Source of the DNA: Bacteroidota bacterium
GTDB lineage: Bacteria; Bacteroidota; Bacteroidia; UKL13-3
Length of the DNA stretch: 64,000 bases
Direction: 5' to 3'
Assembly (NCBI GenBank): GCA_040387195.1
Contig: JAZKEF010000011.1
Coordinates: forward strand, 102,393 to 166,392
Shown here one piece after another: positions 56,151-64,000 of the stretch (position 1 is the stretch's first letter; every line of letters starts with the position of its first letter). Under the pieces are notes generated by a model. That model did no database searches, had not been told where the DNA came from, and saw only the letters and a list, made by a program, of their open reading frames with translations. Both the position numbers and the translations under genes were made by a program.

Positions 56151-57413
56151 TTATTTTGAACGAATGGCAACAACCGGATCAAGCCTTGAAGCCGAGTATG
56201 CCGGAATAAACCCCGACACAATTCCGATAACAACAGAAACCATGATACCGGTAAAAATGTTTCCGGCACTCAGCGCAATATTAAATTCAAGTCCGTAAGT
56301 AGCTAATAAGGAGAGTAGCCACACAAAGGTGATTCCGATGGCGCCACCTACAAGGCAAAGGATGATAGCCTCCACTAAAAACTCTATGAGGATAAAATAG
56401 TTTTTAGCTCCTAGCGATTTTTGAATCCCAATCTGATTGGTGCGTTCCTTTACGGAAACAAACATGATATTGGCAATGCCGAAACCTCCCACCAACATGG
56501 CAAATCCACCAATAATCCAGCCTGCAAATGTAATTACGCCAAATACCTGTTTGATAGGTTCGGCAATTAAGGTGGTTTTGTTTAACGCAAAATTTTCTTC
56601 TTCACCCGGATGCAATTTGCGCTGCGAACGCATGATCCCCCGCAGCTCTTCTTCCAGTAAATCCAAGGGAACATTGCTGCGTGCTTTCACCTGAATCTGG
56701 GCATTCACCCTGTCGGAGTTAATGCGCACATAGTTGGCAACATTTTGAGCGGGGAGAAGCATCGTATTATCCATACTGTTACCCAGCATACTTTCACCCT
56801 CTTTTTCTGCCACACCTACAACACGGTATTTCCGGCCCTTCAGTATAATGCTTTTATCAATGCCGCTGCTGGTTGGGAACAGCGTTTGTGCAATGGCATA
56901 TCCCAATACCGCAACAGGCAATCCGTTTTGCGATTCATTTTCGGTAAAATAACGGCCTTCTATCAGGTTAAAGTTCCTGATCATATCATAGTTGTGCGAA
57001 ACGCCCAGCACATTGATTCCCGAAGCTGAGTTGCTTTCATGTTTAACGGTTACATTTCCCATTGTTACTACAAGAGCACTTGCATCAGCCATGGCAGATT
57101 TTTCGTTTAACGTTCTAAGCTCACTGAGCTTGGGATTGGGGCGGTTCATGTATTTCCACCATTTGTAATCCGGCCCGAATGTCCATGGCCATTTTTCAAT
57201 AAACACCACATCTTTTCCAAGCGATTCCACACTGCTTTGCACATTGCGCTCCAGTGAGTCTACCATGGTTAACACCATAATGATACAAAAGATACCAATG
57301 GTGATGCCCAGCGTAGAGAGGAAGGTACGCAACTTGTTATTGCGCAATGCTTCAACCGCAAAGGATGCACTTTCGGTTACCTGATTAAATACAACTAAAG
57401 CATTGTTTCTCAC
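56151..57413 (-). CDS. ABC transporter permease, FtsX/MacB-like
   Basis: N-terminal TM. Large periplasmic domain. C-terminal FtsX four-helix region. Confidence 0.75.
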   Translation of the reverse strand: MRNNALVVFNQVTESASFAVEALRNNKLRTFLSTLGITIGIFCIIMVLTMVDSLERNVQSSVESLGKDVVFIEKWPWTFGPDYKWWKYMNRPNPKLSELRTLNEKSAMADASALVVTMGNVTVKHESNSASGINVLGVSHNYDMIRNFNLIEGRYFTENESQNGLPVAVLGYAIAQTLFPTSSGIDKSIILKGRKYRVVGVAEKEGESMLGNSMDNTMLLPAQNVANYVRINSDRVNAQIQVKARSNVPLDLLEEELRGIMRSQRKLHPGEEENFALNKTTLIAEPIKQVFGVITFAGWIIGGFAMLVGGFGIANIMFVSVKERTNQIGIQKSLGAKNYFILIEFLVEAIILCLVGGAIGITFVWLLSLLATYGLEFNIALSAGNIFTGIMVSVVIGIVSGFIPAYSASRLDPVVAIRSK

Positions 57414-57472
57414 GCTTCGAATATAAGGGGAAAATAGATTTCTCTGAAAAGGGTCACTGAATAATTAAATCA

Positions 57473-58153
57473 TTAAAGTTGCCAATTGATTGGAGGAAGC
57501 CCAAGTTCCGTAAGGTATGCATTGGTTCCGGAGAAATGTTTACAACCGAAAAAACCATTGTATGCCGAAAACGGAGAAGGGTGTGCAGCCTTTAATACGA
57601 GGTGTTTACCGGCATCAATCAAGGGTGCTTTGCTTTGCGCGAATTTCCCCCACAGGATAAAAACCAAATGTTCTTTTCGTGCCGACAATTGTTTGATAAC
57701 GGCATCGGTAAATTGTTCCCAGCCTTTGCCCTGATGCGAACCTGCTTTATCCTTTTCCACCGTAAGGGTAGCATTGAGCAGCAACACGCCTTGTTTGGCC
57801 CAGCCGCTTAAATCGCCATGAGCCGGAATGGTAAAGCCGGGTATATCTGTTACCAGTTCCTTGTAAATATTTTGAAGAGAAGGAGGCACGGAAATTCCTT
57901 TGTTTACACTAAAACACAACCCATGTGCCTGTCCGGTTCCGTGGTAGGGATCTTGTCCAAGTATCACCACTTTTACATCTTCGAACGCAGTATGCTCAAA
58001 GGCCGAAAACAATTGCGAACCCGGAGGATAGATGGTTGCCCCTTTTGCTTTTTCCTGCTTTAAAAACAACCGCAGCGCTTCAAAATAGGGACTGTCGAAT
58101 TCTTGTTTCAGTATTGGTTTCCAGCTTTCAGCAATCGCAACTTCTATTGGCAT
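57473..58153 (-). CDS. ung: Uracil-DNA glycosylase, family 1
   Basis: VVILGQDPYHG, LLLNATLTVE and HPSP motifs. Confidence 0.85.
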   Translation of the reverse strand: MPIEVAIAESWKPILKQEFDSPYFEALRLFLKQEKAKGATIYPPGSQLFSAFEHTAFEDVKVVILGQDPYHGTGQAHGLCFSVNKGISVPPSLQNIYKELVTDIPGFTIPAHGDLSGWAKQGVLLLNATLTVEKDKAGSHQGKGWEQFTDAVIKQLSARKEHLVFILWGKFAQSKAPLIDAGKHLVLKAAHPSPFSAYNGFFGCKHFSGTNAYLTELGLPPINWQL

Positions 58154-58421
58154 ATGGTATCAAGTAATTTACGGCAGCAACATACACAATTGTATTGTGT
58201 AACGAAAGGAGATCTGTTGACCAGATCATATTATAACTTATAATACACAAATTTAAGTATAATGATAAAGAGGAATCGGTAACACGTCTTCTAATTCATT
58301 TAATTAGCTCAATCCGCGGCTCCTTTACCGGGTGACAATGCTATTTCTGCCTTATCCACAAAATCAGCGGGAACTATTTGAGGAATTATCTGCATTTTTG
58401 AACAAAGAGTTTTAACTGAAT

Positions 58422-59264
58422 ATGAAATTACATACAATCGATACAGGACATTTTAAACTGGATGGTGGCGCCATGTTTGGTGTGGTACCTAAAACAATAT
58501 GGAACAAACTCAACCCTGCGGATGATAATAATATGATAAGCCTGGCCATGCGCTGTTTATTGATTGAGGACGGGAACCGCCTGTTGTTAATTGATAATGG
58601 CATGGGCAATAAGCAGGATGATAAATTTTTCGGATACTATTTCCTGCACGGAAATGCAACCCTCGAAAAATCATTGAATGCTGCAGGTTTCAGTTTAAAC
58701 GATGTTACCGATATGGTGCTTACCCATTTGCATTTCGACCATTGCGGAGGAAGCATCCAATGGAATCACGACCGCACCAAATATGAAACTACTTTTCCCA
58801 ATGCCACCTACTGGATTGGTGAAGAACACTGGAATGAAGCGCTGGCTCCTAACCCAAGAGAGAAGGCATCTTTCCTTAAAGAAAATATATTGCCGATTGA
58901 GGAAAGCGGTCAGTTAAAATTGGTGAAGCGCGGAGATGCCATTTATGAAAACATGGAGTTGCGTTTTTCCAACGGACATACCCAAAGTATGATGCATCCG
59001 CTTATTCATTACAAGGGACACAAAGTGCTTTACCTGGCAGATATGATTCCCACGCAGGCGCATATTCCTACACCTTATGTGATGGGCTATGATGTGCGTC
59101 CGCTCGATACCATGAAAGAAAAAACGGCCACACTTACCGAAGCAGCGGCCGATGATAAAATGATTTTATTCTTTGAACACGATCCGAGTAATGAGGCCTG
59201 CACTGTGCAACAGACGGAAAAAGGAGTGAGGATTAAGGAGCAGGTATTGTTGGGAGAGTTGTAG
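58422..59264 (+). CDS. MBL-fold metallo-hydrolase
   Basis: LTHLHFDHCGG (HxHxDH motif). Confidence 0.75.
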   Translation: MKLHTIDTGHFKLDGGAMFGVVPKTIWNKLNPADDNNMISLAMRCLLIEDGNRLLLIDNGMGNKQDDKFFGYYFLHGNATLEKSLNAAGFSLNDVTDMVLTHLHFDHCGGSIQWNHDRTKYETTFPNATYWIGEEHWNEALAPNPREKASFLKENILPIEESGQLKLVKRGDAIYENMELRFSNGHTQSMMHPLIHYKGHKVLYLADMIPTQAHIPTPYVMGYDVRPLDTMKEKTATLTEAAADDKMILFFEHDPSNEACTVQQTEKGVRIKEQVLLGEL

Positions 59265-59448
59265 AGGCGTATGGGCAACTTTTAGGTATTAAAGAACAAG
59301 TCACGGACGATACGTTCAACTTAGGGGTATAAGACGCGAATGAATAGTTACCGCAGATTTGAATGATAACGCAGAAAAAGATGTTTAATAAAAAACTAGC
59401 AATTATTTGATATTATGATTGTAAACTTGATTAAGAAATTTCGCGATT

Positions 59449-60438
59449 ATGAAAAATATTGTTTTCCTAATTTTGGTCATAACTGCACAAGTTGCAAAAG
59501 GCCAAAATAATGAGATGCTAGTCGATCTCAACCCTCATAAATTAAATCTGAATTTTTCAGAGTACGATCAAAGCACTGCTGCATTTCTTGGACAAGTTGC
59601 AGAGCTGTCATATTGGAAAAGCGAGGATTTGAAACGACTCCACACTAGGATGGTAAAGTTATATCCGGACCAAAACATAAACTACACGTTGATATATTTA
59701 CCTTCAACCAATACTCAGGTTGTGCTTTGGGGGTGTAAGAACTATTTGGTAATCTCCTTTAGAGGGACTCAGTTTTGGAAACTAAAGGATTGGATATCTG
59801 ATGCGAAATTTTGGAGATATGAATTTTCTAATGAAGACGCTCAGAAACGATACGCGGGTCTTCCAAGTGGTTCAGCCGGTGCTCGAAAAGCAATAATGAC
59901 ACTGATGGATTCAAATTTCTTTAAAACATTAAATGATCAAATCATTAAATCCTGTGGGACACTAAATAAGAAACTTCCAGTTTTTGTTACCGGACACTCC
60001 TTAGGAGCGAGTCTAGCTCAAATATTTTGTGTTCCACTAGCGAATCTTGGGTATAATTATTTAGGTAGTTATCACTTCGCACCACCATTCACTATCTCTC
60101 ATACTGATACAGCAGAAATGAACAGAAGATATGGAGCGATTACATACAATATTGTTAATTATAAAGATATCGTTCCCCGGCTCCGGTCTGTTTCCAAGGG
60201 AAGAATAGGTAAGTTTTATAGGATTTGTGATGATGGAGATATTTATAGAGAAAAGGATATTTTGTTCCGATTCTCTCTTTTACGTGGGCTTGAAGTGAGA
60301 AAGGAGTTCTATTATCATTCATTGGGAAATCACATTAATGCTATTAAAAAGAATAGCAATAATAATTCTTTGATTAAAAATAGATCCGAAGGAAGGGGAG
60401 ATTCACCTTGTATGCAGCCACTTATTGATAGCCACTAA
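59449..60438 (+). CDS. Class 3 (fungal-type) lipase family protein, secreted
   Basis: Signal peptide. VFVTGHSLGASLAQ nucleophile elbow. The gene is visibly AT-rich relative to its neighbours. Confidence 0.7.
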   Translation: MKNIVFLILVITAQVAKGQNNEMLVDLNPHKLNLNFSEYDQSTAAFLGQVAELSYWKSEDLKRLHTRMVKLYPDQNINYTLIYLPSTNTQVVLWGCKNYLVISFRGTQFWKLKDWISDAKFWRYEFSNEDAQKRYAGLPSGSAGARKAIMTLMDSNFFKTLNDQIIKSCGTLNKKLPVFVTGHSLGASLAQIFCVPLANLGYNYLGSYHFAPPFTISHTDTAEMNRRYGAITYNIVNYKDIVPRLRSVSKGRIGKFYRICDDGDIYREKDILFRFSLLRGLEVRKEFYYHSLGNHINAIKKNSNNNSLIKNRSEGRGDSPCMQPLIDSH

Positions 60439-60566
60439 CTGGAGTGGAGCCTCCTTTTCACGCGAGCATATCGTTCATGAACTCAGAACAGCAAACGATA
60501 ATATAATGTTCAAACGGATTACCTAAGAAGAGTTCTGTCACATAGCTTAGGCTTATAACAAGATAC

Positions 60567-61601
60567 CTAAACCCTGTCAATCGCCCGGAAATCGATCAGC
60601 TCAATATGGGGAGTGAGGCAACCGTCTTTCAGAGGTTCATCTTTCATTAGGTCGGTGCTCAGGTATTTTTTGTTGCTGTCGCTGAAAATGGTAACAACAT
60701 TGGCAGCACCACCCAATTGATTTTGCACCTTAACTGCACCAATAAAATTAGCACCGCTCGAAATACCCACAGCCAACCCCAGTCGCTGGGATAATTGTTG
60801 CGCCATCAAAATGGCATCTGTATCCGAAACCGGTACCACTTCATCCAGTTCTTTCAGGTTCACAATGGCCGGAATAAATTCATCCGAAATACCCTGGATC
60901 CTGTGTGCACCCACTTTATGCCCAGTGGTTAATGTCGGTGATTCGGCCGGTTCCAGCGGATATATTTTTACAGCCGGATTTCTGCTTTTAAGGTAACGCC
61001 CAACCCCCATAACCGTTCCTCCGGTACCCACTCCGGCAATAAATGCATCCGCTTTTTTATCAATCGATCTAAGTTGTTTATAGATCTCGGGGCCGGTTGT
61101 TTTGGAGTGTGCTTCGGCATTGTATAAGTTGCTGAACTGTTTAGGCAAAAACATGTTCGGTTCTTCGGTAGCCATCTTTTCAGAGAGGGCGATACTCCCT
61201 AAAAACCCACCTTCTTCTTTGGTCACCAATTGGATCTCGGCTCCCAAACTTTTAATGATATCAATCCGTTCCTTGCTCAACCAGTTGGGCATAATGATTC
61301 TTACATTATTCCCCAATGCTTTGCCTATGGCGGCAAATGCAATACCGGTATTGCCACTGGTTGCTTCAATAATGGTATCTCCCTGTTTAATGTCACCGTT
61401 CAGGTATGCCTGCTCCAGAATATACAAAGCCATCCTGTCCTTAATGCTTCCGGTGAGGTTATAGTGTTCACATTTGGCATAAATGCTGCGCTCTTCACCC
61501 TTGTAACGGTAGTGAATTTCGAGCATGGGAGTATTGCCCACCATTTTCCAGAGGTGCTTGCATTTATCGGCAAACGATTGTGCTGATTCTTCGATGTTCA
61601 T
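60567..61601 (-). CDS. PLP-dependent cysteine synthase family protein (CysK/CysM/SbnA-like) with C-terminal extension
   Basis: K of the SIKDR PLP motif. TSGNTGIA and GTGGT motifs. 344 aa. Confidence 0.7.
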   Translation of the reverse strand: MNIEESAQSFADKCKHLWKMVGNTPMLEIHYRYKGEERSIYAKCEHYNLTGSIKDRMALYILEQAYLNGDIKQGDTIIEATSGNTGIAFAAIGKALGNNVRIIMPNWLSKERIDIIKSLGAEIQLVTKEEGGFLGSIALSEKMATEEPNMFLPKQFSNLYNAEAHSKTTGPEIYKQLRSIDKKADAFIAGVGTGGTVMGVGRYLKSRNPAVKIYPLEPAESPTLTTGHKVGAHRIQGISDEFIPAIVNLKELDEVVPVSDTDAILMAQQLSQRLGLAVGISSGANFIGAVKVQNQLGGAANVVTIFSDSNKKYLSTDLMKDEPLKDGCLTPHIELIDFRAIDRV

Positions 61602-61638
61602 ATTGGCAAAAATAAAATAAGCTTTACCTTCACACCAA

Positions 61639-61995
61639 ATGAATAAAATCAGTCAATTGATTAAAAGTTTTGGTTATGCAATTAAGGGGATAACGGCTGC
61701 GGTGCGTATGGAGCAAAACATGCAGATACACCTGATTGCAGTGATCGTGGTAACCCTTGCCGGAGTGTGGTTGGAAGTATCAGTTGCAGAATGGATGGTG
61801 TTGGTATTGTGTTTTGGAATGGTGATTGGTGGCGAACTGATGAATTCAGCCATCGAAAAGCTGGTGGATCTGGTTTCTCCTGAATACCATGCAAAAGCCG
61901 GAATGATTAAAGATATGGCAGCAGGTGCTGTATTGGTTCTGGCTCTTGCAGCTGCCATTACCGGAGGTTTTATTTTTATCCCTAAACTTACTTAA
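61639..61995 (+). CDS. dgkA: Diacylglycerol kinase / undecaprenol kinase family
   Basis: 118 aa. Three TM helices. EQNMQIH...[10 protein letters not shown] motif. Confidence 0.8.
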   Translation: MNKISQLIKSFGYAIKGITAAVRMEQNMQIHLIAVIVVTLAGVWLEVSVAEWMVLVLCFGMVIGGELMNSAIEKLVDLVSPEYHAKAGMIKDMAAGAVLVLALAAAITGGFIFIPKLT

Positions 61996-62006
61996 CAACC
62001 CTAAAC

Positions 62007-62387
62007 ATGACAGAAAGAAACCCCACACACAACCAACAATTCGGACAATTAGGAGAAGACATCGCAGTGAAGTACCTCGAACGGAAGGGATACGTAATTC
62101 TTACCCGCAATTACCGGTTCGGTAAAGTTGAACTCGACATTATTTGCGAGTTCCAAAAGGAGATTGTATTTGTAGAAGTGAAAACCCGCACCAGCGATGC
62201 TATGGCATACCCCGAAAAGGCAGTTGGAAAAACTAAACAGCGCAATATCAGGCTTGCAGCAGAAAATTTTGTCGAAGAAAATCAAATTGTCCTTCCCGCG
62301 CGTTTTGATATCATTGCCGTAGTGAAAGGAGAGAAGTTCGAAGTGGAACACATTGAAGATGCCTTTTATCCGTTTGATACCTATTAA
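62007..62387 (+). CDS. yraN: YraN family endonuclease (UPF0102)
   Basis: GEDIAVKYLERKGYVILTRNYRFGKVELDIICEF...VFVEVKTR. Confidence 0.8.
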   Translation: MTERNPTHNQQFGQLGEDIAVKYLERKGYVILTRNYRFGKVELDIICEFQKEIVFVEVKTRTSDAMAYPEKAVGKTKQRNIRLAAENFVEENQIVLPARFDIIAVVKGEKFEVEHIEDAFYPFDTY

Positions 62388-62544
62388 GAAAATGAGAACC
62401 TAACAGGGTTCAATATGAATAAGAAGAACAACGCCCCAACAAGGCACTAAAAAAGAACAACCGGTACTATGTGCAGATGGGGCGAAGTTCCGCGAAGCGG
62501 AAAACCCGAAGGCACCTGTGCCGAGACAAACAGCAAACAGCACA

Positions 62545-64000
62545 ATGGAAACTAACAATATAAAAACACTTGGAGGCCTGAAAAAAGCAGGTTATGCGTC
62601 ACGTAGCGTAAAAGAGGAAATGCGTGAAAACCTGATAGCCGCTTTGCGGGAGCGCAGGCAGGTATTTACGGGTATTCAGGGATATGAGGATACCGTTCTT
62701 CCCCAAATCCAGACTGCCATTCTTTCCCGCCACAATATGATTTTACTGGGACTACGCGGACAAGCCAAAACCCGTATTGCACGTTTAATGGTGCAGTTGT
62801 TGGATGAATACATGCCGATTGTAGAAGGATCGGAAATGAATGATGATCCGTTGCATCCCATATCGGTATATGCCCGAAACCTGGTTGCTGAAAAAGGAGA
62901 CGATACTCCGGTGGCCTGGGTGCATCGCAACGAACGGTATACCGAGAAACTGGCTACACCGGACGTGAGCGTAGCCGATTTGATCGGAGATGTGGACCCC
63001 ATCAAAGCCGCAACATTAAAACTCAACTATGCCGATGAACGTGTGATTCATTTCGGATTGATTCCCCGCTCTCACAGGGGGATTTTTGTGATCAATGAGT
63101 TGCCCGACTTGCAGGCCCGTATTCAGGTTTCCCTGTTTAATATTTTGCAGGAGGGAGATATGCAGATCAGGGGATTTAAGTTACGTTTACCACTCGATAT
63201 CCAGTTTGTGTTTACAGCCAACCCCGAAGATTACACGAACAGGGGTAGTATTGTTACACCTTTAAAGGATCGGATCGACTCGCAAATCTTAACGCATTAT
63301 CCCAAAACACTGGAACTTTCCAAATCGATTACAACACAGGAAGCGAGGTTACCTGCAACGCAACAATCGACCATCGAAACAGCCGAATTGTTGAAGGATC
63401 TGGTTGAACAGGTAGCCATGGAAGCACGGAGAAGCGAGTTGGTAGATCAAAAGAGCGGTGTATCGGCAAGGTTAACCATTAGCGCTCTGGAAAACTTGTA
63501 CAGCCATGCCGAACGCAGGATGCTCATCAATGGAGAGCATAAGGCATATGCACGTGTGGGCGATTTGTATGGCATATTGCCCGGTATTACAGGCAAGGTA
63601 GAGTTGGTGTACGAAGGAGAATTGGAAGGAGCTTCAGGCGTTGCGCATATGCTGATCGGAAAAGCCATCCGTGCTCAGTTTGAGAAGGTATTTCCCAATC
63701 CCGAAAAGACCAAAAAATCAAAGAAGCCGAATCCATATGCACGTGTATTGGGCTGGTTTAACGAAGGCAATACATTGCCGTTGTTAAGTGTTGAAACACA
63801 AATCGGATATGAGAATTTGCTGAAGCAGGTTGATGGGCTTGCCGATATTGTGAAAGAACATTTTCCAAAGGCAGGTAAACAGGAACAGTATTTACTCATG
63901 GAGTTTGTACTTCACGGATTATCTGAGTTTAGCCAGTTGAGTAAAAACGGATTGGAACGGGGTGTCGAATTTAAGGATTTGATGAGTGGAATGTTTGATA
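62545..64000 (+). CDS. AAA+ ATPase, Mg-chelatase ChlI-like (COG1239-type). Partial: the C-terminus runs off the window end.
   Basis: Not in the ORF track because it is incomplete. My translation from the ATG at 62545 gives METNNIKTLGGLKKAGY...GIQGYEDTVLPQIQTAILSRHNMILLGLRGQAKTRIARL (degenerate Walker A)...GIFVINELPDL (Walker B-like)... and reads open to the window end. Confidence 0.55.
   Translation, partial: METNNIKTLGGLKKAGYASRSVKEEMRENLIAALRERRQVFTGIQGYEDTVLPQIQTAILSRHNMILLGLRGQAKTRIARLMVQLLDEYMPIVEGSEMNDDPLHPISVYARNLVAEKGDDTPVAWVHRNERYTEKLATPDVSVADLIGDVDPIKAATLKLNYADERVIHFGLIPRSHRGIFVINELPDLQARIQVSLFNILQEGDMQIRGFKLRLPLDIQFVFTANPEDYTNRGSIVTPLKDRIDSQILTHYPKTLELSKSITTQEARLPATQQSTIETAELLKDLVEQVAMEARRSELVDQKSGVSARLTISALENLYSHAERRMLINGEHKAYARVGDLYGILPGITGKVELVYEGELEGASGVAHMLIGKAIRAQFEKVFPNPEKTKKSKKPNPYARVLGWFNEGNTLPLLSVETQIGYENLLKQVDGLADIVKEHFPKAGKQEQYLLMEFVLHGLSEFSQLSKNGLERGVEFKDLMSGMFD

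Overview
The window is a 64 kb chromosomal segment from a Bacteroidota bacterium, probably Chitinophagia or Cytophagia-like (about 45% GC). Evidence for the phylum: several cargo proteins end in type-9-secretion (T9SS) C-terminal sorting domains; a lipoprotein carries the Bacteroidetes D-S/T-A/I/L/V/M/T O-glycosylation sequon; and a TAnnTTTG -7 promoter box is present. Gene density is high. I found no tRNA or rRNA genes, no CRISPR array and no transposase or integrase.

Housekeeping genes: accC, map, a deoxynucleoside kinase, ribF, an M23/LysM peptidase, rnhA, folC, tonB, tsaE, an ECF sigma factor with its anti-sigma factor, ung, dgkA, yraN and a parE/parC pair.

Accessory blocks:
- A minus-strand metal-handling operon at 7.7-12.4 kb. 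It encodes three different heavy-metal-associated (HMA) domain architectures, a TonB-dependent receptor, an AraC-type regulator with an HMA-like N-terminus, and a secreted Cys/His-rich protein.
- A 16 kb island at 13.3-29.1 kb holding five paralogous class III adenylate cyclases. Their catalytic domains are near-identical; their sensor domains differ (three TPR, one 7TMR-DISM, one beta-propeller/Y_Y_Y periplasmic sensor like those of polysaccharide-utilisation-locus (PUL) regulators). A T9SS CBM-like protein and a TonB-dependent receptor are interleaved with them. This island is the most notable system in the window.
- A stress and signalling module at 29.2-34.8 kb: tandem-domain universal stress proteins, an HD hydrolase, a minimal HisKA_3 kinase, a NarL-type response regulator and a methyltransferase.
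- Two tandem paralogous Cys-rich adhesin-like proteins with SprB repeats and T9SS sorting domains (40.8-46.4 kb).
- An AT-rich class 3 lipase gene.

Two genes look broken. tag carries a 1-nt deletion in a G-run. A GNAT gene carries an in-frame TAG.

Several intergenic motifs appear conserved. One is a 45-nt structured element present twice with compensatory base changes. Another is a CTACATTTGA promoter-like box found three times in the cyclase island. The others are inverted-repeat operator candidates.
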